NCBI GenBank assembly: GCA_034002905.1
Contig: JAVEZQ010000002.1
Coordinates: forward strand, 31,348-95,347
DNA length: 64,000 nucleotides
Reading direction: 5' to 3'
Origin: Alphaproteobacteria bacterium
GTDB lineage: Bacteria; Pseudomonadota; Alphaproteobacteria; UBA9219
Position 1 is the first letter of the stretch. Every line of letters starts with the position of its first letter. Shown piece by piece: positions 1 to 8,206 of this stretch. The notes beneath the pieces were generated by a model that made no database searches, was not told the origin of the DNA, and saw only the letters and a program-made list of their open reading frames with translations. A program made the position numbers and the translations under genes.

Positions 1-1140
1 ACTTTTCAGGGCCTGATACACCTGTCCGGCTATAGCGCGTCCAGCTTGGGTGCTGTTGGTCGTATCGATGGTTTGCACACGATCCTCAAGCAAAGGCGCA
101 TAAACAAACCGCGCCCAAAGAGTCAAAGCCTCCACAAGCTCTGGCGTAAGGTCTGTAAAACCCCACGCCCTAAAACCTTCGGCTAATTTATCCATGTCGT
201 TATCGCGCAAGGCCTGATAGACCGAGATAACAGCTTGAACAATCTGCGGCTCGAACACACGAATACAGCCAAAATCAAGCAGGTTAATGCTGTTATCGTC
301 ACACACCGTATAGTTCCCCATATGGGGATCGCCATGTAAAATGCCATAGCGATAAAACGGCAAGTACCAAAGCGTGAACATGTTGATCGCAATCTGATTC
401 CGTTCTTCTTGCGATCTGTTTTCGATGGCTTCCACCATCTTTTGCCCCTTAAGCCATGTCATAGACAGAAGGCGATGCGTCGTGAGTTCGGGAATAGGTG
501 TAGGCACATGAACGCCAGCAACACCGTCGAGCATGTGACGATAAAGATTCATATTGTGCGCTTCGCGCTGATAATCCAGTTCTTCACGCAACCGCGCGGC
601 CACTTCCTGATAAGCCTTGTCGGTCTGTACCGCGCCATCAAAGGTATCAAAGAGGCGAAAAATGAGTTTAAGTTGTGATAGGTCCGCCTCAACAACCGAG
701 TCCATATCGGGATATTGGAGCTTGCAGGCAAGCTCTGTCCCGTCTTTGGCTATCGCATGATGGACCTGCCCAAGCGAGGCGGCAAAGGAAGCATGCTGAT
801 CGAAAGACCGGAAATTCCCCTGCCACTCAGCACCAAGCTCGGCGGCCATACGCCGCCGGACAAAGGGCCAGCCCATCGAGGGCGCATCGGCCTGTAACGC
901 CAGAAGCTCGCGTGTATATTCGGGAGGTAAGAGATCGGGAATATTGGCTAAAAGCTGGGCAATCTTCATCAGCGGCCCCTTCAGCCCTCCCAAGGCGGCA
1001 CGCAGGAGCAACGATGTCTTTTCGGAATCCTTCTCTTTCGAGAGCACACGCCCCCCAAGAGCACGGGCGCCCACATGAAGTGCAGCGCCCGAGACTTGAG
1101 CATAACGTTTAGCCCGTTTTGGCAGGGTGTTGTGATCCAC
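1..1140 (-). CDS. ABC1/UbiB-family atypical protein kinase; 3' end runs off the window start
   Basis: Manual minus-strand translation in the frame not listed in the ORF track. From a GTG at 1140 it reads VDHNTLPKRAKRYAQVSGAALHVGARALGG...LRAALGGLKGPLMKIAQLLANIPDLLPPEYTRELL (ABC1 N-terminal KxGQ-like region). It continues to ...YGILHGDPHMGNYTVCDDNSINLLDFGCIRVFEPQ (ABC1/aarF catalytic HxDxHxGN motif) and has no stop through position 1. The GTG lies 12 nt after the fabG stop, same strand. The plus-strand ORFs 409..678 and 675..1112 are antisense artefacts. Confidence 0.6.
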   Translation of the reverse strand, partial: MDHNTLPKRAKRYAQVSGAALHVGARALGGRVLSKEKDSEKTSLLLRAALGGLKGPLMKIAQLLANIPDLLPPEYTRELLALQADAPSMGWPFVRRRMAAELGAEWQGNFRSFDQHASFAASLGQVHHAIAKDGTELACKLQYPDMDSVVEADLSQLKLIFRLFDTFDGAVQTDKAYQEVAARLREELDYQREAHNMNLYRHMLDGVAGVHVPTPIPELTTHRLLSMTWLKGQKMVEAIENRSQEERNQIAINMFTLWYLPFYRYGILHGDPHMGNYTVCDDNSINLLDFGCIRVFEPQIVQAVISVYQALRDNDMDKLAEGFRAWGFTDLTPELVEALTLWARFVYAPLLEDRVQTIDTTNSTQAGRAIAGQVYQALKS

Positions 1141-1152
1141 TGCCGCTTTTCC

Positions 1153-1893
1153 TTACACCATGATCATGCCACCATTGACATGGATCGTCTGACCGGTGAT
1201 ATAGCGCGCTTCTTCGCTGGCCAAAAAGGCAACGCTCGCAGCAACATCCTTGGGCTCGCCCAAATAACCGAGAGGGATATTGGCCAACATCTTCGCCTTT
1301 TGCTCCTCGTTCAGTTTGTCGGTCATGGCCGTGATGATGAAGCCCGGCGCGATACAGTTCACCGTAATGTTGCGCGAGGCGATTTCTTGCGCCAGCGACT
1401 TGCTCATGGCGATCAGTCCACCCTTTGACGCGGCATAGTTGAGCTGACCGGCATTGCCCATCACACCAACAACCGAGGCCATATTGATAATACGCCCCCA
1501 ACGGCGGCTCATCATCCCCTTGAGCACCGCGCGAGAGAAACGGAAGGCTGCCGTCAGATTGACTTGCAAAACAAAATCCCAGTCTTCGTCCTTCATACGC
1601 ATGGCAAGGCCATCGCGTGTGACACCGGCATTATTGATCAGGATATCAACGCCGCCACCAAGCTTTTCCTCGGCTTCCTTCAAAAGGGCCTGCGCCGCAT
1701 CCGGCGCGGTAATATCCCCGCAAATTGTGAAGACCTTGTCGCCAAGTTCGGCTTTCAGCTTTTCGATATTGTCCGGTGTCCGGTCGGAAAGGACAACGCG
1801 TGCGCCCTGTGCGACCAAGGTGCGGGAAATATCCGCCCCCAAACCGCCGCCAGCGCCCGTCACAAGAGCGTTCTTTCCAGTCAAATCAAACAT
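1153..1893 (-). CDS. fabG: 3-oxoacyl-[ACP] reductase FabG
   Basis: 246 aa SDR with an N-terminal TGAGGGLG Rossmann motif, NNAG, and a YAASK catalytic Tyr/Lys signature. It sits next to fabD in the usual fab cluster order. Confidence 0.9.
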   Translation of the reverse strand: MFDLTGKNALVTGAGGGLGADISRTLVAQGARVVLSDRTPDNIEKLKAELGDKVFTICGDITAPDAAQALLKEAEEKLGGGVDILINNAGVTRDGLAMRMKDEDWDFVLQVNLTAAFRFSRAVLKGMMSRRWGRIINMASVVGVMGNAGQLNYAASKGGLIAMSKSLAQEIASRNITVNCIAPGFIITAMTDKLNEEQKAKMLANIPLGYLGEPKDVAASVAFLASEEARYITGQTIHVNGGMIMV

Positions 1894-1936
1894 CGTTTAT
1901 CCTTTCTTCTTCCTTGATCTCTTTCAAACGTGATCT

Positions 1937-2935
1937 TCAAATCACGCAGCAACTTACTTGATCCGCAGGCTCATCCTCTTTCCGAAGGACTGAACCCTGC
2001 GCCTCGATAAAAGCCTCGATATCCTCGGGTGTCTGCAAGGCCACTGACGCAACAGACTTGTCAATGCGTTTCGTGAGCCCTGTCAAAACAGAACCGGCAC
2101 CGCACTCGACGAGCTGTTCGATCCCCTGCTCCTTAAGATAGAGAACCGTTTCACGCCAGCGAACAGAGCCACAGACCTGATCGACCAGCATCTTGCGCAA
2201 TACCGCCGGATCGCTTTCTGCCTGAGCCTTTACATTAGGGACAACAGGGATGCAAGGCACCTTGAGCACGACATCGGCCAGCGCCTCTTCCATCACCTTG
2301 GCCGCAGGCATCATAAGGGGCGAATGGAAGGGAGCGCTGACGGGCAATTTAACGGCCCGCTTAAAGCCTCGTTCCGCTGCTATAACGATTGCACGATCAA
2401 TGGCTTCCATATGGCCGCTGATGACGATTTGACCATCGGCATTATCATTCGCCGCCACACACACCTGATCCTGTGCGGAGAGCGCTGCAATCTCGCGGGC
2501 CGCATTGATATCGGCACCAATCAGGGCCGCCATGCCGCCAACACCGACAGGCACGGCCTGTTGCATCGCAAGCCCACGCTTCCGCAGAAGAGCGGCGGTA
2601 TCATGCAATGTCAGGCTCTTAACCGCGCACAAGGCTGCGTATTCCCCTAGACTGTGTCCGGCGACAAAAGAGGCCATCTGGCAGGATCGGAGGTTTGCTT
2701 GCTTGGTCAAAACACGAATCACGGCCATGCTCACGGCCATCAAGGCTGGCTGGGTGTTGGGGGTGAGTTTCAGCTCATCCTCATTCCCTTCAAATATCAA
2801 CTGGGACAGCTTTTCATTCAGGCTGTCATCCACTTCCTGAAAGACTTCCTTGGCTTCAGGATAGGCATCATAGAGCGCTTTGCCCATGCCGATTTTCTGA
2901 CTGCCCTGCCCCGGGAAAATAAATGCTCTTTTCAT
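1937..2935 (-). CDS. fabD: malonyl-CoA:ACP transacylase FabD
   Basis: 332 aa with FPGQGSQ at the N-terminus and the GHSLGEYAAL active-site serine motif. Adjacent to fabG. Confidence 0.9.
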   Translation of the reverse strand: MKRAFIFPGQGSQKIGMGKALYDAYPEAKEVFQEVDDSLNEKLSQLIFEGNEDELKLTPNTQPALMAVSMAVIRVLTKQANLRSCQMASFVAGHSLGEYAALCAVKSLTLHDTAALLRKRGLAMQQAVPVGVGGMAALIGADINAAREIAALSAQDQVCVAANDNADGQIVISGHMEAIDRAIVIAAERGFKRAVKLPVSAPFHSPLMMPAAKVMEEALADVVLKVPCIPVVPNVKAQAESDPAVLRKMLVDQVCGSVRWRETVLYLKEQGIEQLVECGAGSVLTGLTKRIDKSVASVALQTPEDIEAFIEAQGSVLRKEDEPADQVSCCVI

Positions 2936-3043
2936 AGTGTTATCTCCACGTCTTTGTAACGAACAGCAATAAGCCGCTTGTCAAAGGCGCGTCAAGTCGC
3001 TTTAATGCGCCTAACGAAAAAGGTTAACAAATTCAGGCTTATC

Positions 3044-4027
3044 ATGATCCTCATCACTGGAGGGGCTGGCTTCATCGGCTCTTATTTGGCGGCGAAACTC
3101 GAAGAAAGAGGCGAGCGAGTCATTATCTGCGATTGGCTTGGAACCGACGACAAATGGCGCAACATTTCCAAGCGCGACCTTGAACACATCATCGCGCCAG
3201 AGCAAATGATGAGCTATCTGGATGAACAAGCCGGAAATATCAAAGTCATTTATCATATGGGCGCGATCTCCGCGACGACCGAACGAGATGCAGACGCCAT
3301 TGCCGAAAACAACTTTCGCCTCAGCCGCAAGCTCTGGGAATGGTGCAAGGATAACAAGACGCGCCTCATCTATGCCTCATCAGCCGCCACCTATGGCGAC
3401 GGCTCAGCAGGCTTTATCGATAACGAGTCTATTGAAGGACTTGCCAAATACACCCCCCTGAATGCCTATGGGTGGAGCAAGCATCTCTTTGACCGCTGGA
3501 TTGCGCGGCAAAAGGATCGTGGCGTTGCGGGGCCGCATCAATGCGTGGGCCTCAAATTCTTTAACGTCTATGGGCCAAATGAATATCACAAGGGAGGCAT
3601 GCGCTCTGTCGCACACCAGATTTACCCCGTCGCTGTTCGCAAGGAAATCTTCCGCCTCTTTAAATCACATCATCCCGATTACGAAGATGGAGGCCAGCTT
3701 CGTGACTTCGTCTGGGTCGGTGATTGCGCCGATGTCATGCTTTGGCTATTGGACAATCCCAAAGTCAATGGCCTGTTCAATATGGGAACGGGACAGGCGC
3801 GCAGCTTTGCAGATCTTGGCCGCGCTGTTTATGATGCCGTCGGCACACGCCCCATGATTCAGTATCGCGATATGCCTGAGGAATTACGCGGCAAGTACCA
3901 GTATTTCACCCAAGCGAATATGAGCAAGCTCCGCGCTGCCGGTTACAGCAAGCCCTTCTCCTCATTGGAAGACGGCATCAAGGCCTATGTTCAGGACTTC
4001 CTCGCCAAAGACGATCCCTATATCTAA
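3044..4027 (+). CDS. hldD: ADP-L-glycero-D-manno-heptose-6-epimerase HldD (RfaD)
   Basis: Carries ILITGGAGFIGS (NAD Rossmann), YASSAATYGDG, YGWSKHLFDRW, FFNVYGPNEYHKG and GKYQYFTQANMSKLRAAGY, all close to E. coli HldD. The ORF track opens at 2978, but the ATG at 3044 (MILITGGAGF) matches the canonical N-terminus. Confidence 0.85.
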   Translation: MILITGGAGFIGSYLAAKLEERGERVIICDWLGTDDKWRNISKRDLEHIIAPEQMMSYLDEQAGNIKVIYHMGAISATTERDADAIAENNFRLSRKLWEWCKDNKTRLIYASSAATYGDGSAGFIDNESIEGLAKYTPLNAYGWSKHLFDRWIARQKDRGVAGPHQCVGLKFFNVYGPNEYHKGGMRSVAHQIYPVAVRKEIFRLFKSHHPDYEDGGQLRDFVWVGDCADVMLWLLDNPKVNGLFNMGTGQARSFADLGRAVYDAVGTRPMIQYRDMPEELRGKYQYFTQANMSKLRAAGYSKPFSSLEDGIKAYVQDFLAKDDPYI

Positions 4028-4043
4028 CCTTTTGGGTAAACCC

Positions 4044-5501
4044 ATGCTTCAGCATCTCCACAGTAAAATCGAAGAACTTTCGGGCCACCGCATTTTGTGT
4101 ATCGGCGATATCATGCTCGACCGCTTTGTCTATGGTCACGTTGAGCGCGTTTCGCCCGAAGCGCCGATCCCTGTCTTGCGCGTGCAGCGCGAGGAAACAA
4201 CGCTCGGCGGCGGCGGCAACGTTGTGCGAAACATCGTTACGCTCGGTGGCCATGTCGATGTGATCGGCGTTATCGGTCAAGATCAGACAGGCTATCATGT
4301 CACCGAGAAATTTTCGGCCATGGAGGGCGTTGTCCCTTATCTTTTGACAGACAACACACGCCCGACGACAGTCAAAACACGCTATGTCGCGGATGGACAA
4401 CAGCTTCTGCGTGCTGACCGCGAGATTAGTGCCCCGATGTCCTCCAGCCTTGAGGAACAGACTCTGTTGCGCGTACGCGGCGCCATTGACTCCTGCGAGA
4501 TTGTTGTCCTGTCAGACTATGCCAAAGGCGTTTTGACAAACAAAGTCATCTCAGAAATCATCCGCCTTGCTAAATCCAAGAACAAGCCTGTGATCATTGA
4601 CCCTAAGGGACGCGACTTCAGCCGTTATCGCGGGGCCTATATGCTCACGCCCAACCGCAAGGAACTATCCGAAGCGACGGGTCATTTAATCAAAACCATT
4701 CAAGAAGCCGAAAGTGCCGCACGTTATTTGATCGAGGCCTACGAACTCAACGGCATTCTCGCAAAGCTCAGCGGCGATGGCGTCTGTCTCGTGATGAAAG
4801 ATTTCCCCGCACAACATTTTAAAGCCAATGCCCGCGAAGTCTATGATGTCTCGGGCGCAGGCGATACCGTCGTCGCGACGATGGCGCTTTGCATGGCGGG
4901 AGGCCTGACGCTTGCCGATAGCGCAGCATTGAGTAATGTGGCTGGTTCCGTTGTTGTTGGCAAGATCGGCACAGCCACCGTCACGCAAGAAGAACTGGCC
5001 CGCGAACTTCTCTATGATCAATCACGTGCAAGCGATGAAAAAATCGTGCCCTTGCCCGAAGCCGCGGAAACAGCCGAACGCTGGCGCAAGCAAGGGCTCA
5101 AGGTCGGCTTTACGAATGGTGTCTTTGATCTTTTGCATCCGGGGCACCTCTCATTGATCCGGCAATCACGCGCCGCCTGTGACCGATTGATTATTGGCCT
5201 TAACAGCGACAGCTCCGTTAAACGCCTGAAGGGCGAGAACCGCCCTATTCAAAGCGAAGAAGCACGTGCTGCTGTTCTGGCCTCGCTTGCCGATGTGGAT
5301 GATGTCGTAATTTTTACCGAGGACACGCCGCTTGAACTCATCAAAGCCATCCGTCCGAATGTCTTGATCAAGGGGGCCGATTATACTGTAGATACCGTCG
5401 TCGGTTCGGACCTTGTGCAGGGCTGGGGCGGCGAAGTGGTACTTGCCAATCTTGTCGAGGGGCAAAGCACGACCAACACGATCAAGAAAATGCAGGCCTG
5501 A
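4044..5501 (+). CDS. hldE: bifunctional D-beta-D-heptose 7-phosphate kinase / heptose 1-phosphate adenylyltransferase HldE (RfaE)
   Basis: N-terminal PfkB-type sugar kinase (ILCIGDIMLDRF...GGGGNV...DVSGAGDT) and C-terminal cytidylyltransferase (GFTNGVFDLLHPGHLSLI...IKGADYT). The ORF track opens at 3987, overlapping hldD. The in-frame ATG at 4044 (MLQHLHSK...) gives a 16-nt gap instead. Confidence 0.85.
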   Translation: MLQHLHSKIEELSGHRILCIGDIMLDRFVYGHVERVSPEAPIPVLRVQREETTLGGGGNVVRNIVTLGGHVDVIGVIGQDQTGYHVTEKFSAMEGVVPYLLTDNTRPTTVKTRYVADGQQLLRADREISAPMSSSLEEQTLLRVRGAIDSCEIVVLSDYAKGVLTNKVISEIIRLAKSKNKPVIIDPKGRDFSRYRGAYMLTPNRKELSEATGHLIKTIQEAESAARYLIEAYELNGILAKLSGDGVCLVMKDFPAQHFKANAREVYDVSGAGDTVVATMALCMAGGLTLADSAALSNVAGSVVVGKIGTATVTQEELARELLYDQSRASDEKIVPLPEAAETAERWRKQGLKVGFTNGVFDLLHPGHLSLIRQSRAACDRLIIGLNSDSSVKRLKGENRPIQSEEARAAVLASLADVDDVVIFTEDTPLELIKAIRPNVLIKGADYTVDTVVGSDLVQGWGGEVVLANLVEGQSTTNTIKKMQA

Positions 5502-5503
5502 AT

Positions 5504-6292
5504 TTAAGCCTTTGCACGAACATAGCGGCGCAAACCTTTATTGAAAATAAATATTGCCAGCCATGCGTAGAAGATCGTTGCCAGCACGATTTCGCTGAAC
5601 GTGACCCAGTCAAAATGGCGCAACAGCTCGATGGGCAGGTAGGAGATAAACCCAGCCGGTATCAGTGTAAAGACCACAGCCTTCACGCCCCACGGCTGAC
5701 CATGCAGCACATTACAGGAAAAGATAATCAGCATCTCGAACAGTTGCCCTGAAAAGCGCGGATTCCCTTTGAGCCAAAAAGACAGCGAAAAGAGAAGGCA
5801 CATCGTCGACATAAACAAAATGGTCGACAACACCGTTAGCAATAGAAACAAGGGAACCATCGAAAACGTGAAGACAGGAATACCCAGCACACCTTGTATC
5901 AACAAATAGAGTGTTGGCGCGTAAAACACATCCCCCAACGATGCTGGCGACGAAGAACTTAACATGATCGCCGGGAGCGGATGGCGTGGCTTGGTAATAT
6001 AAAAATCGATAGCGCCGGAACTCACCTTATAGGGGATCGTGCGCAGCCCGTCGAAAAAGAAAAGTGACAAACCGCAGACCGATGCGACCATGCCAAACAT
6101 ACGCGTGACATCGACAAGGTCCCAACCTCTGATCGAGCCGACATGATTGAAGAAAATCACCCAAAGCACGAAAAACATCGTGTTCTGCAGGCACATGGCC
6201 AGTGACATCACGTAAAGGCGCTTTTTGTCGATGGCATATGTCCGCACATTCGCGACAAAAAGAGCGGCCAGAGTCTTAAGCGTTGACATCAT
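5504..6292 (-). CDS. ABC-2 family transporter permease (second permease of a three-gene exporter)
   Basis: About 260 aa, polytopic and hydrophobic, with no nucleotide-binding motifs. Its ATG at 6292 overlaps the upstream permease stop as ATGA. The longer ORF track start at 6370 would overlap the upstream gene by 80 nt. Its stop lies 2 nt from the convergent hldE stop. Confidence 0.6.
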   Translation of the reverse strand: MMSTLKTLAALFVANVRTYAIDKKRLYVMSLAMCLQNTMFFVLWVIFFNHVGSIRGWDLVDVTRMFGMVASVCGLSLFFFDGLRTIPYKVSSGAIDFYITKPRHPLPAIMLSSSSPASLGDVFYAPTLYLLIQGVLGIPVFTFSMVPLFLLLTVLSTILFMSTMCLLFSLSFWLKGNPRFSGQLFEMLIIFSCNVLHGQPWGVKAVVFTLIPAGFISYLPIELLRHFDWVTFSEIVLATIFYAWLAIFIFNKGLRRYVRAKA

Positions 6293-7095
6293 GCGGCCCC
6301 CTCGCCCTGTATCCGGCGCAAAACGATCCGCTCGAACTTCATCAGGGCATAAAGAATCAACACGGCCCACACAACCTGATGGGCAAAGGCTGCCCCCAAC
6401 TCAAGGGCGGAGCTACCCAACACCCACTTGCCGCAAACAGCCAAGATGGCAGGAAACGGCGTAAACCAACTGATCGCGCCCAGCCAATCAGGATAAAAAA
6501 CAATTGGCCAAATCATTGCACCAAGAAGGAAGATTCCCTTATGCACGACCCAATAGGCTGGCTCGGATTGAACCACCCACAGACAGGATGTCCCCACGGC
6601 ATAATACATCACAAGCGCCATAAAGAGACTAAGGGGCGCACAGGCGATGATCCCTAAGAGATCAAGAAGAGATGGCTCAAACGCTTCCGCGAAGTAAGTG
6701 GCGGTCAGGATGTAAAACGGAAACAAAACACAAAACCTGACGATCGCTTCGCCATACCAGAACGCGATGCGCAATAAGGCCGGTGAAAACGGACGTATAA
6801 TATCCAAATGCACCTGCTCCGTATTAATCTCGTTTTGTATATCCTTGAATCCCCAGCTTGGCGCTGCGAACAGAATAAACTCTGTTGTTGCGATGTACCA
6901 GATCATCTGGCTTTGTGTCAGGCCAAGGGGCGCAATGTCAGCGGGCGGGATCATGCGCATAACGCCGGCATAAAGCATAATAATCACGCCATAGACCATC
7001 AACGTACCAAGCAGCACGAGCTTTTCCGACCATCCATCGCGTAGGCCCATAATCATGGCCGTCATCAGAACAGATAGGTTGTGTCGTGTATTCAT
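6289..7095 (-). CDS. ABC-2 family transporter permease (first permease)
   Basis: About 268 aa with six or more predicted TM segments. The start ATG at 7095 overlaps the ATPase stop as ATGA. The ORF track start at 7104 is 9 nt further up. Confidence 0.6.
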   Translation of the reverse strand: MNTRHNLSVLMTAMIMGLRDGWSEKLVLLGTLMVYGVIIMLYAGVMRMIPPADIAPLGLTQSQMIWYIATTEFILFAAPSWGFKDIQNEINTEQVHLDIIRPFSPALLRIAFWYGEAIVRFCVLFPFYILTATYFAEAFEPSLLDLLGIIACAPLSLFMALVMYYAVGTSCLWVVQSEPAYWVVHKGIFLLGAMIWPIVFYPDWLGAISWFTPFPAILAVCGKWVLGSSALELGAAFAHQVVWAVLILYALMKFERIVLRRIQGEGAA

Positions 7096-8090
7096 AGATA
7101 ACACACCCTCTGCTCGTAGAGCATTTTGATAATCTCATCGAGCGGCAAGCCTTCAATCCCGATATCATGCAGCTTGAAACGGTTCAGGCAATCTGCCACA
7201 ACAACTTCAATCGGCACCTGTGTGACATCGACCTTGAGTACCAACATATGATCCCCTTGCTGCTCGACAACAACATGGGGATGGTCATAATCCGGTTCTT
7301 TTTCTTCCGTCGCCAATCGCAGGATTTTCGATTGGGCATAACGGCGCTGAAGCTCCATCAGGCTGGTGTCGATGAGTTTCTGCCCATGATCGATCAGGAT
7401 CACACGCTGACAGATTTTCTCGATATCTTCCGTATCATGGCTTGTTAAAAGAATTGTAGTATCAAACTGATCCGCCAGTTTATTCAAGTGATCTCTTAAA
7501 AGGGACTTGGCCGTGACATCAAGGCCAATCGTCGGCTCGTCCAAAAAGAGAACCTGCGGCTTGTGCAAGAGCGCAGCGGCAATATCGCATCGCATTCTCT
7601 GGCCAAGAGACAGGTTCTTGGCATACTGCCCCAGAAACTCTGACAAACTGAACAACTCGATCAAGCGGCTCAGTTGCCTGCGATAGGCTTGTTCATCCAG
7701 ATCATATATCCGCGCAAGCAGATCAAAGCTGTCCTGCACCGGCAGGTTCATCCACAAATGAGATTTCTGGCCAAAGACGAGTCCGATATGGCGCGCAAGT
7801 TCACGTGTCTGATCCCATGGGACGAGGCCGCACACGCGCGCGGTGCCCTCGCAAGGCATCAACAGACCGGAAAGCATCTTGAGCGTTGTGGATTTACCGG
7901 CGCCATTTGGCCCGATAAAGGCGACCTTCTCGCCTTGATCAATCGAAAAAGACAGCTGCGCAACCGCGTCCAGCTCTTTATAAATTTTCTTGGAAAACCA
8001 GCCCCGCTTTGCGTCGTCATTGACGCGAACCTTGAAACGACGGGTCAGCTTTTCGACCTCAACAGTACCGCTAATCATCTTTGTCCCCAA
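7092..8090 (-). CDS. ABC transporter ATP-binding protein with ~90-aa C-terminal extension
   Basis: Walker [13 protein letters not shown] signature LSLGQRMR, Walker B VLFLDEPT, and H-loop TSHD. It is the first gene of the ATPase–permease–permease operon on the minus strand. Confidence 0.8.
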   Translation of the reverse strand: MGTKMISGTVEVEKLTRRFKVRVNDDAKRGWFSKKIYKELDAVAQLSFSIDQGEKVAFIGPNGAGKSTTLKMLSGLLMPCEGTARVCGLVPWDQTRELARHIGLVFGQKSHLWMNLPVQDSFDLLARIYDLDEQAYRRQLSRLIELFSLSEFLGQYAKNLSLGQRMRCDIAAALLHKPQVLFLDEPTIGLDVTAKSLLRDHLNKLADQFDTTILLTSHDTEDIEKICQRVILIDHGQKLIDTSLMELQRRYAQSKILRLATEEKEPDYDHPHVVVEQQGDHMLVLKVDVTQVPIEVVVADCLNRFKLHDIGIEGLPLDEIIKMLYEQRVCYL

Positions 8091-8206
8091 AGATAATGAA
8101 TTTATACCGTGATTTTCCCTGCCCGCAAGAAGTTTATTTCACCAAATACTTTCCAAAGAGGATAGGGAAAGATATATTTTGCTCTAAACGAGCCTGATGG
8201 ACGCAC

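Noticed and set aside
409-1112. Plus-strand ORFs 409..678 and 675..1112 (and 715..897)
   Set aside because: They are antisense to the ABC1-kinase gene, which I translated manually on the minus strand. They have no motifs and are Arg/His/Pro-rich.
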